From Octopus sinensis (taxonomy: Eukaryota), in contig NW_021831717.1 in assembly GCF_006345805.1 (NCBI RefSeq), forward strand, positions 1 through 34,443: a stretch of 34,443 nt of DNA. The letters are read 5' to 3'. The notes under the pieces were generated by a model. It was not told the origin of the DNA and did no database searches. It saw only the letters and a list, made by a program, of their open reading frames with translations. Below are positions 23,235 through 33,078 of this stretch, in pieces (within the stretch, counting starts at the first letter, position 1; each line of letters starts with the position of its first letter). The position numbers and the translations under genes are program-made.

Positions 23235-23235
<1 letters not shown>
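23022..23235 (+). mobile_element. ~215-bp hammerhead-bearing repeat (Penelope-like pLTR/retrozyme type) in (TA)n
   Basis: (TA)n on both sides. A homologous inverted copy lies at 28367-28570. Confidence 0.75.
23099..23133 (+). ncRNA. Minimal type-I hammerhead ribozyme
   Basis: GTTT-CTGACGA-A-GAGC-TCC-GCTC-GAAA-C-GTA-AAAC. Intact core, stem I GTTT/AAAC, minimal palindromic stem III, predicted cleavage after 23129. Confidence 0.8.
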
Positions 23236-23268
<33 letters not shown>

Positions 23269-23667
23269 TCGTTTAAAAGCCGCCCTGTCGATCCTTGGGC
23301 CCAACAATGACACTTCATGCATTGAGTACATATTAAATCTTTTTAAACTTGACCGATATTTTTCAAGCAATGAACAACTTATTGCAAAGTTGCAGGATAA
23401 ACAACATCTTTTGTCTTCCCGTTCAGGGGTCAATGCAATATTTTCTGTCTAACCTCCTTCTTTCTCTCTCTCCCTCTTTCTCTTTCTGTTGACTATCACC
23501 AGCGCCACTACCGTTGCTACCTCAACTGCCATACACACATCATTCAGACTTCTGACGCCACCACCATCAATATATTTGACTTCGTCACTTTCCCCTCCAC
23601 CACCATCACCACAGTCTTTCACATCGCTTTCTTTCACTGACTGCCCCGGCTACCGCCACCACCACCA

Positions 23668-23827
23668 TATAGAGATAGATAAATAGAAGATAGGTAGATA
23701 GATAGATATAGACCAACAGACAGACAGACCGATCGATGATAGATAGATAGATATATAGATCATACATAGATGATAGATAGATAGACGATAGATAGATGAT
23801 AGATAGATAGATAGATAGATAATAGAT

Positions 23828-23866
<39 letters not shown>

Positions 23867-23937
23867 ATAGTAGATAGATAGAATAGATAATATATATAAT
23901 AGATAGATAGATAGATAGATAATAATAGATATATATC

Positions 23938-23979
<42 letters not shown>

Positions 23980-24038
23980 GGGATGATAGATAGACAGACA
24001 GACAGATAGACAGACAGACAGACGACAGACAGACAGAC

Positions 24039-24091
<53 letters not shown>

Positions 24092-24100
24092 TAATAGATA
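23668..24100. repeat. (GATA)n/(GACA)n microsatellite
   Basis: Directly visible. Confidence 0.95.
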
Positions 24101-24860
24101 AGGGTGTGGAGGGATTTCTTTTGAATTTTAAATGTCTTTACCATTTATTTAGTTAGTTCTTTACCATTGTATAGTCCACTGGCATGAGACATGAGTTCAA
24201 GGTGGTGGCCTCTTTTAGGTTGGGGAAAATAATGAAACAGGATGCGGTGCGGTCACCACTAAAACGATAGTATTCAGTATGTCAGCTGCAGGAATTTCCG
24301 TCAAAGAGACAAAGTTAAACAAAGCTGTACTTCTTCTCCCTCTTTTCTCTCTCTTTTGTTATTACTCCCACTGCCACCATCAACATTACTACTTTTAATA
24401 AAACATCAACGCTCCCTAAATTTCTTTGTCTCTCTCTCTCTCTCCCTCTCTTTTTATTTCTCTCTCTGTCTTCACCATCGCCCTCACCGTCTCTATGTCT
24501 ACTATTACTCTCACTGTTTCATGAGGAATAGTAGGAGTGTCATTGAATAGTGAGAGAGGGGTCTAAGTGTGACACACTGACACACAGAAATTAGTTTTCG
24601 CAATTATTATATTATATATATACTTATATGATTAGTTAAAACAAAAATCACCGGAATTTTTGTAGACCAAGTTAATCTAACTGGTTTAAAGATAATTTTG
24701 TTCTAATACCAGTAATCTAAATTGCACCTTTTCAATAAAACTGACCATTGACTGACCAGTTAAACTTCCATTTACCGTTAATGGATTCCATGTATCAATA
24801 CTGATGCGTATAAACATAATTCCATCACTTTATATGGATGCTATCATATCCTTGTTAATT

Positions 24861-25280
24861 AAGGCGGCAAAGTGGCAGAGACGTTAGCCCGCCGGGCGAA
24901 ATACTTCGTGGAGACGCAATGGCTCAATAGTTAGGGCAGCTGACTCGTGATCATAGGATCACGGTTTCGATTCCCAGACCGGGTGTTGTGAGTGTTTACT
25001 GAACGAAAACACCTAAAGCTCCTCGAGGTTCCGGCAGTGGGTGTTGGTGAGCACTGCTGTACTCTTTCAACACAAATTTCTCACTTCCGGTTTTTGTTGT
25101 ATTTGTATTTCAAAGGGCCAGCCTTGACACACACTGAATCTTGCTGAATCTCCCCGAGAACTACATTAAGAGTACACATGTCTGTGGGGTGCTCAGCCAC
25201 TTGCAAATTAATTTCACGAGCAGGATGTTCCGTTGATTGGATCAACTGGAACCCTCATCGTCGTAACCGACGGAGTGCCA
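24861..25280 (+). mobile_element. SINE head fragment (24861-24908) followed by a different tRNA-derived SINE (24909-25280)
   Basis: AAGGCGGCAAAGTGGCAGAGACGTTAG head of the 9789 family, then a new head TGGCTCAATAGTTAGGG...GGTTTCGATTCCC with A/B boxes. Confidence 0.65.
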
Positions 25281-25461
25281 TAAAATATACATATAGATTT
25301 CACAAATGACATCCAAAGACTCTCTCTATAGAAGACTAATAGTGCTAAAAAAAATCAAACATGGGCTCCGGTGTCTATAGAGGGGGATTTTTTCACAAGG
25401 TAAAGAAAGGCTTAAAGAGGAATCAGTTGATTGGATAAACAAATTAGACTCACCCAATATA

Positions 25462-25858
25462 TTCTTTTCTACTCTAGGCACAAGGCACGAAATTTTGGGG
25501 GAGGAGCTAGTCGATTACATCGACCCCATTGTTTAACTGGTACTTAATTTATCGATCCCCGAAAGGATGAAAGGAAAAGTCGACCCCGGCGGAATTTGAA
25601 CTCAGAATGTAAAGACATGAAATACTAATTTCTTTACTACCCAAAAGGGGCTAAACACAGAGGGGACGAACAAGAACAGACAAACGGATTAAGTCGATTA
25701 TTTCGATCCCATTGCGTAACTGGTACTTACTTAATCGACCTTGAAAGGATGAAAGGCAAAGTCTACCTCGGCGGAATTTGAACTCAGAACGTAACGGCAG
25801 ACGAAATACCACGAGGCAGTTCGCCCGACGTGCTAACGATTGAGCCAGTTCGCCGCCG
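25462..25858 (-). mobile_element. Dimeric tRNA-derived SINE (family of 9789-10181)
   Basis: Reverse-complement match along its whole length to 9789-10181. Confidence 0.88.
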
Positions 25859-26031
25859 TGACACATCAAATATGTGAAATATATTCAATACATTAAATAC
25901 AAAATATGAATATATGTATACACGTGAAACGAGGGAGAGCAAAATATATTTGTATTAAAGTAAAGAATGCCATCGAAGACAGAATATTAGGTAATATTTT
26001 TTATCTGATTTTGAAAACTTCAATAAATTAA

Positions 26032-26188
26032 TTCTTGCTTCTGGAAAGGTGTGAGCAACTTGGGAATCCATCTGGCAGACACCTTTTGCATATGCAAATG
26101 GTCATGAATGATAGTTTCCACAGACCCGGTACTAATCTTGACCTCATGGGCTATTTGGCGAATAGTTATGCGTCGATCTTCCAAAATG
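26032..26188 (-). repeat. 157-bp inverted copy of mariner internal sequence 26930-27086
   Basis: Reverse-complement identical except for two mismatches that I could find. Confidence 0.95.
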
Positions 26189-26247
26189 CTGATGATGGCT
26201 GCACTTTTCCTTGCGGAAAATAACAGCCGAAACTAAATTTAGTACAT
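26186..26247 (+). ncRNA. Type-I hammerhead ribozyme with intact core
   Basis: ATG-CTGATGA-T-GGCTG-(TTTTCC/GGAAAA hairpin)-CAGCC-GAAA-CTAAATTTAG-TA-CAT. Stems I, II and III all pair; predicted cleavage after 26244. Confidence 0.85.
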
Positions 26248-26531
26248 GGGTAAATATTTATTTCGTATATTTTTCACTTGTTTATTGTTTTGGTTTGGTG
26301 TTGAGTTTGATCTGAGAACATAGACTTTTTGTGGAGAAGGGCGATTTGACGTCTATATCTAGCATGTTGACTGTCCACTTTTCGTGTTCAGTCCTTAATT
26401 GGTATATATAAATATTTTAATCTTCGATTCTTTCTTAATATGCTAGACCACTGGTTCTAATTGATAAATATCAATTTTTATTACCTTAATTTATTTATAA
26501 AAATTATATATATATATATACACATACTATA

Positions 26532-27801
26532 CGGGGGACGCTCAATAAGTAATGCCCCTGACCCATTTGCAATTGTTTGATCTAGCTGAAATTTGCATGT
26601 GCAATTATTCATATCTCTACAGATTAAGTAGTAAATTACAGCTCTGTACTAATTGAGGTCTCTGATTTACAGGTGTTTGAACTGAGTCAAGTGTGAAATG
26701 GAGCCTGTTGAGTGTCGACAGTGATCCAGGTTTTGTATTGATAGGACGCACACCACGGGAGACTTTTGATGAAATGAAAGTAACTTTTGGTGATGATGCC
26801 CCATCATATGATCTTGTAAAACGCTGGCATCATGAATTCAAACATGGTCGGAATCTCTGGAAACAGCTCCCAGATCTGGTCGCCCCCTTCTGCCATTGAT
26901 GAGGCATTTGTCCGTCAAGTTGAGGCTGCCATTTTGGAAGATCGAGGCATAACTATTCGCCAAATAGCCCATGAGGTCAAGATTAGTACCTGGTCTGTGG
27001 AAACTATCATTCATGACCATTTGCATATGCAAAAGGTGTCTGCCAGATGGATTCCCAAGTTGCTCACACCTTTCCAGAAGCAAGAACGCGTCGAGGGCTC
27101 GAGGATGAATTTGGAGATGTGCCAAGAAGATGAGTCAAAATTTTTCAAAAGACTGATTACACAGGATGAAATCTGGGTCCATCACTATGATCCAGAGACC
27201 AAGCCCAGTCAATGCAGTGGAAGCACCGTGACTCACCTCCTCCAAAGAAGCCAAGGGTCCAGCCCTCCGCTGGCAAGGTCATGCTCCACAGTCTTCTGGG
27301 ACCAGGACGGAGTAGTGATGACAGATTTTCCTGGCCAAGGGTACCACAATTGCAGGAGCCTATTATGCTTCACTTTGAGGAAATTAAGAGCTATCAAAAT
27401 CAAGAGGCGGGGCAAGATCAGCAAGGCATCCTCCTCCTTCAGGACAACGCTCCGGTCCACAACTCGCGTGTCGCCAGATCAGAAGTACAGGCGTGCGCTA
27501 TGAACTCCGCCCCCATCACCCTACTCTCCTGACCTTGCACACTCTCATTTTCACCTCTTCCCAGCCATGAAGTTTTTTTGAAAATAAAGCGTTTCCCAAT
27601 GATGCAGCCTTGATTTCTGAAGTCACGTCGTGGTTGGAGGACCAAGCTGGGGTCTTCTACAAAAACAGTCTCCAGAGCGGCATCAAACGATGGGAGAAAT
27701 GCGTAACTCTGGGTGTAGAAAAGGACTAATACTGTGCCAAGTTTCGTTGCTCTAACTGTAAGGGAAGTGTGCCAGGGGCATTACTTATTGAACGCCCCTC
27801 G
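26532..27801 (+). mobile_element. Full-length (1,270 bp) mariner transposon, DD34D type, inactive
   Basis: TA on both sides and ~30-bp TIRs (CGGGGGACGCTCAATAAGTAATGCCCCTG / CAGGGGCATTACTTATTGAACGCCCCTCG). Transposase motifs WIPKLL, ITQDEIWVHHYDPETK, LLQDNAPVH and YSPDLAHSHFHLF (third D replaced). Many frameshifts. Confidence 0.95.
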
Positions 27802-27902
27802 TATATATATATATAAACACACACCATATATATATATATATATATATTATATATACATATACTATACAACATATACATACATATACATATATATACATAT
27901 GC

Positions 27903-27962
<60 letters not shown>

Positions 27963-28115
27963 GTGTGTGTGTGTATGCGTGTGTATATATAAATTAAGGT
28001 AGCTATCAGGATTTAAACCAACACGAAATTAATTTGCAGTCACTGGATATCTGTTACACATGATGACGCTTAATTGTGTGCATATGCAGCTATAACCTTT
28101 CAAACATTGGAAATA

Positions 28116-28168
28116 TTATACGGAAGAGGAGTAAATTAAATTATTTTTATCTCGAAACGCGTATATAA
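28116..28168 (+). ncRNA. Degenerate type-I hammerhead (U4>G)
   Basis: TTATA-CGGAAGA-G-GAG...CTC-GAAA-CGCG-TA-TATAA, within a ~330-bp segment between (TA)n tracts. Confidence 0.6.
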
Positions 28169-28325
28169 TTAATCCAGGTCGTGTTGTGTTCATTATTCTG
28201 CTCTTTGCCTTCGTAAAAAAAGGTTTTACCGTCATGGAGATTCTTAGTGTAGCAAAAGGAATTTTAACTCATATTTCTATTTCGGTATGTGTTGAAGCAG
28301 TTAGCTGAACCCTAATTATAATTAC

Positions 28326-28366
<41 letters not shown>

Positions 28367-28370
<4 letters not shown>

Positions 28371-28570
28371 ATCCAAACATGAAAGCTCAAAAATACACAA
28401 CGCGAGGACGTGGAACAAATATAGTATTATTGGACGCCCAGGAAAGAAGGAAAGAAGGGGGGTTTAACGTTTCGAGCGGAGTTCTTCGTCGGAAACATAG
28501 AAGGAAAGATCCAGAGAAGGGAAGACAGAGGAATAAAAATCACCAACGGTACACACGCGGTCACGTTTTG
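28367..28570 (-). mobile_element. Second copy of the hammerhead-bearing repeat (hammerhead at 28462-28496, core mutated)
   Basis: Reverse complement of 23022-23235. It reads GTTT-CCGACGA-A-GAAC-TCC-GCTC-GAAA-C-GTT-AAAC. Confidence 0.78.
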
Positions 28571-28619
28571 CATGCAAATATGTATATATATATATATATA
28601 CATGTGTGTGTATGTGTGT

Positions 28620-28812
28620 GTGTGTTTGTGTGTCTGTGTTTGTCTCCCAAGCATTGCTGGTGTGTTTACTCCCCGTCACTTAGCGGTTCGGCAAAAGAGA
28701 CCGATAGAATAAGTACTGGGCTTACAAAGAATAAGTCCCGGGGTCGATTTGCTCGATTAAAGGTGGTGCTCCAGCATGGCCGCAGTCAAATGACTGAAAC
28801 AACTAAAAGAGA
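28620..28812 (+). mobile_element. SINE 3' half with CR1-like tail
   Basis: TGCTGGTGTGTTTAC...GATAGAATAAGTACT...GGTGGTGCTCCAGCATGGCCGCAGTCAAATGACTGAAAC; three related copies in the window. Confidence 0.8.
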
Positions 28813-29648
28813 GTAAAAGTGAGAGAGATACATATATATATATAATATAATATATATATATATATATATATCTATATATATAGATAAGTACCTGGTTGGT
28901 TTTTAAAATGTGTGTTAGCTACCTTCAATATTTATAATCTTCACATTGCCATTTTGTGAAATCAGTCCCTAATTCCTATGGCATTCTCAATGATACTGAG
29001 AGGCGTGAGTTAGCCTCCACCAGCCGTAAGGGAGTGAGCATTGCTGATGAGTATTAACTTCCTATAAGAGATTACCATGCTAATCTAATCCATCTGGCTT
29101 CCGTGGGAATGTTCTCCCCACTGTCATGCAAACACCATATGTCTTTTTGTGGCACAGGAGTCTATGACTAATATTTCTAATAATGCTGGTGCTCACTGCA
29201 CTCTTTTCACACTTAGTGACTGTGAATTATTTCCTTGTTGGTTTCAAATTGCCGATACCCACCTCAATTTATATATATACACACCCATATATGTGTGTGT
29301 ATATATATGTGTGTATATATATGTGTGATGTATATGTATGTATATATATATACATATATATAAATACAGCAATTTAATAAATAAAACATATGCATACATA
29401 CATACATATATGTACATACCTACATCTATACGTATATATACATATATATATGAGTACAGGACACCACAAAAAAGCGTAGAACACAACGAGAAACGAAAAC
29501 ATAAAATCAAACAAGGAAACGGACTCTTTTCAACAACGAAAAACAGAGTACAAGACAAACAATACGAGGAACATTCCCCTTCTTCAGCTGCCCTGTTTTC
29601 GACTCAATGCGTATGTATATATATATATGTATATATACTATATATATA

Positions 29649-29713
<65 letters not shown>

Positions 29714-29938
29714 TATATACAGTTCTCTCTGTCTGTATCTTTATATGGGTTTGGTTTGTCCTTTGTATATAAAACATGGATAAACACTTAAACATTTCAT
29801 TGAATGTATGAATTAATATATTCTGGGTCACAAGTACAACACTGTTGATTATTGTGACGTATAATACCTGCGATAAAATCGAATGTTTGGAACAAAAGCA
29901 AATAAATTTTAATAAATGTGTTAGAAGCATTTGCTTAC

Positions 29939-29992
29939 CCACAGTCCTTCAACTCTAAATGTTCCCGTCACGGTTGAAAGGCCATGCTCAAT
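29939..29992 (-). CDS. aGPCR small exon (IEHGLSTVTGTFRVE...), SEA-like segment
   Basis: Acceptor ttttgcag and donor gtaagc; 54 nt, open only in phase 0. One base too long to join exon 22901. Confidence 0.65.
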
Positions 29993-30085
29993 CTGCAAAA
30001 GCCGGATGTATATATATATATATATATAATTAAATTCAAGAAACAAAGCTTGATTTAAAAGCGTGAGATGTATTGAAAATAAGAA

Positions 30086-30397
30086 ATAATTTTATTCTGA
30101 AACGCAGGATAATGCAAATGATATAACGTGAACCGCATGAAATCCATATTTGCAGATATATCTGTCGTCAGCCAGCTATGTGACTACACCACCTCACACC
30201 CATGTGATTACGCTTCAAGTGCTTTAACCATTAAGCTAAACTGCGCGAACGACAATACTTCTGCAAAGTTAGGCTATATACATCTAGCTTTATAAGACGC
30301 GTATCTGGCCGCCGACAGAGTTTTCGGCAACAGGTGAATACCTTATCCTGTTCATGCTATACTATTAGCATTATCCTGCGTTTGAGAATATAATTAT
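30086..30397. mobile_element. ~310-bp fold-back (MITE-like) element
   Basis: 30-bp terminal inverted repeats (30086-30115 / 30368-30397) plus further internal pairing CTGTCG..GCCAG / CTGGC..CGACAG. Confidence 0.65.
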
Positions 30398-31009
30398 GTA
30401 TAAATATATTAGCTTGACACTCGGTAAAGTGGGGGAAATGAGAGGGTTTTTTAATGTTCCGAGCATATATTTCTTTTCAGAAAGGAAAACGAAAATTTTG
30501 AGAAGAAAAATATTACCAAAAGGAAGTGTGTGATTACATATGTTCTTATGTGTGTGTTGTGTGTATGTGTGGTGTTGTGTGTGTGTTGTGTGTGTGTGTG
30601 TGTGTGTGTGTCTGTGTCTGTGTCTGTGTCTGTGTGTGTCTGTGTGTAAACAAAGATTAGTGAATATTTGAGTAGGATTTTATTTACTGTCAGAATCGGA
30701 AATTATAAACGGAATATATAAAGACAAAATAGTGGATAGAACAGTCTTTTTATTGACCAGAAAAATTCAGTAAGTTAAAAAAGAAGTTTTTATGTAATAG
30801 TTTATTATCAGTAAATGGAGTTGAATGTCTGAATTTCATGAAACCTCACTATTTATTTGATGTTTTCACCATTTCTTCTGCATGTGTGGTGTGTGTGCTG
30901 CGTGAGAGTGTTGTATGTGTATGCAGGAGTGCGCATGTTCAGTGCATATGTGTGCGCGCACGCGCGTCTGTGTACGGAGAAAGAGAGAGAGAGGGCGATA
31001 TCTACTCAC

Positions 31010-31086
31010 GGGCTCTTGATATGTTCTCAGCAGGATTTTATATTCGTTGAACTTTTTAAAATCAACGAAATACGAGATTCGTCCGC
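31010..31086 (-). CDS. Probable aGPCR exon linking the Ly6-like and SEA-like parts
   Basis: Acceptor caatcatag and strong donor gtgagt; 77 nt, phase 1 to 0, open (GGRISYFVDFKKFNEYKI...). It fits the flanking phases. Confidence 0.55.
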
Positions 31087-31593
31087 CTATGATTGATTAG
31101 AAAATAATCGCTGCGTTTATAATGAGACACACGTCATAGATGCACATAAAACCCACATCGTAGATAAAAATATACCATTCATAATCACATATACACTTAA
31201 AATACTATATATATATATATTATTCTTATTCTACCTATTATATACGTTTTATTATTATTATTATTTGCAATTACTTGCATTGACATTTAATTGTTATTTA
31301 TTTTTATATTTCTAATATATGTAATTTTCTAGATTGTAATTTAATTGTTCATTTTGAATTGATAAAACTGTTTTTTTATTTAATTTTTTATATATCTTAT
31401 ATTGTGTGACATTTGATTTAGTATTTTCTAAATTTAATTTTTCCCTTGTAAGTTTGGATTTTATTACACTCAAATAATATAATTATATATATTATATTAT
31501 ATATATATATATTATATATATACACATATATATATTAGAAATTTAATTACTAAGTCTCTCTAAAAGAGAACAGCGGCAGCGTTCCGGAAATAA

Positions 31594-31972
31594 AGTTATC
31601 GCCATACTAATATGGCATTCTTATAAAAATAAGAAAAAACTGTCCGCTTATTTCTCCATGAGGCCATCGCCTTAAGTTAGCTATTTGATACTCAAACTGT
31701 ATCCATATAACCTTCGAACAAGGAGGTCAGTCGCTCCACACTACTTGACCGCAGCTACAACGCGTTTTCGGGTATTGCCCCCTTTCAATGCAGCGTAGCC
31801 AGCCATTAGCTGCCGGTCAAGTAGTGGTGGACGACTGACCTCCCTTGTTCGAAGTTATATGGATACAGTTTGTGTATCAATAGCTAACTTAAGGCGATGG
31901 CCTCATGGAGCTAATAAGCGGACAGCTTTTTTCTTATTTTTATAAGAATGCCATATTAGTATGGCGATAACT
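31594..31972. repeat. ~380-bp palindrome (~165-bp arms, ~50-bp spacer)
   Basis: 31594-31757 and 31807-31972 are reverse complements apart from small indels and substitutions. Confidence 0.93.
31754..31799 (-). ncRNA. Degenerate type-I hammerhead in the palindrome loop
   Basis: Minus strand GCTACG-CTG(C)AT(T)GA-AA-GGGG-GCAATA-CCC-GAAA(A)-CGCG-TT-GTAGC. About three single-base insertions must be removed to restore the core. Confidence 0.5.
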
Positions 31973-32483
31973 ATTATTTTCATATATATCTTCATACACA
32001 CTTATCATTCCCTTTCTTCCTGTCGCTCTCTTCGTGTATCGCTATCAATGCCTGCACATGGATGATTGGTTCCATACATCGATAGGACCTTTCTTGACTT
32101 CCTGTCCAACTCCTTTAGCTTCTCCTCTGTCCACTTCATTTTCCAGCGTCATTCGAACTACTCTACTGCGACTGCGTGCGAGTTTTATCGCCGAATTATG
32201 TTCCAGGCATTCAGCTTTCTAACCATAATTTTGCTCACCTCGCCAAAAGTGCTCTCTTTTATTCTTTTCCTTCATGTCGTGGTGTTTGATTCCATCTGTG
32301 AGTGTGTGTGGTGTTAAGAGAGAGAGAGAGGGGGGGGGAGGAGGAGAGAGGGAGAGAGAGCATTGCAAATATTATACACACAATCAAAACATTTCCCTTT
32401 TAATTAACTATTATACATGTTTTCTTATCAACTATCATTTGTAATAAACTTGTTGGTGTTATATTAGACAATAAATAACACTT

Positions 32484-32670
32484 CCATGAAATCATTCTTG
32501 TTACATAAGTGTCCGAGCACAACAACCAGTACAAGACGTGCCATTCGTCCGTTTAATTTTGCATGTAAGGTATTGTTTCTCATCAGCTTCAACACATTTT
32601 CTGTATGTGCTGCAGGACCTTTCAGTCTTCAGTTTAGCACCGTCATTGATATTGCGAATCGGCATACAGG
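32484..32670 (-). CDS. aGPCR exon: Ly6/uPAR-like three-finger C-terminal part (CMPIRNINDGAKLKTERSCSTYRKCVEADEKQYLTCKIKRTNGTSCTGCC/xGHLCNKNDFM)
   Basis: Acceptor tattttacag and eight Cys, ending in CC-x4-CN after a 1-nt correction near 32515. The donor is damaged (G|aagtg). Confidence 0.65.
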
Positions 32671-32929
32671 CTGTAAAATAGATATGAAAATTATACACTA
32701 CAACACCAATATTATTAGGACGATTACTGCTAATTACAGCAACAACAACAGAAACGACACCACTGGGGATTTTACCATGCAAGTAAGTTTTAATCATTGC
32801 TTTAAAATACCAAAAGCAATAAATGAAACCGTAAAAGAGTTTCCGAATTGTTGAAAGTTAACAGCATAAGTAAAATTCCGTAAAAGTTATTGCTATTTAG
32901 TATTCAAAAATCATGTTTTAAATGCTTAC

Positions 32930-33018
32930 AGTGTCCAAACCTCTCGGATCACAAGGAGATATGGCTATCGGATCACGGTCTGTATCAAAACCGCATCGCA
33001 CTGTCACCCATCGCCCAA
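32930..33018 (-). CDS. Probable aGPCR exon: N-terminal part of the Ly6-like module (...VRCGFDTDRDPIAISPCDPRGLDT)
   Basis: Acceptor tattttaag and donor gtaagc; 89 nt, phase 1 to 0, open. Confidence 0.55.
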
Positions 33019-33078
33019 CTTAAAATAGGTCAAATTATCCCAATAAAGTTGTATAAATTCTCTAAAATTTCTTCTTAC

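Noticed and set aside
24909-24985. tRNA gene
   Set aside because: A/B boxes are present but there is no acceptor stem or terminator, and it continues into a SINE body. The same applies to 22075-22146.
26832-27532. Functional mariner transposase or SETMAR-like gene
   Set aside because: Multiple frameshifts, the third catalytic Asp reads His, and there is no SET domain or splice linkage.
29450-29611. Minus-strand CTGAAGA-AGGGGAATGTTCCTC in a (TA)n-flanked repeat
   Set aside because: No GAAA follows the hairpin. It is probably another TA-embedded repeat fragment, but no ribozyme can be supported.
30145-30176. Minus-strand CTGACGA-CAGATATATCTG-CAAA as a hammerhead
   Set aside because: CAAA instead of GAAA and no stem I/III; explained as part of the fold-back arm.
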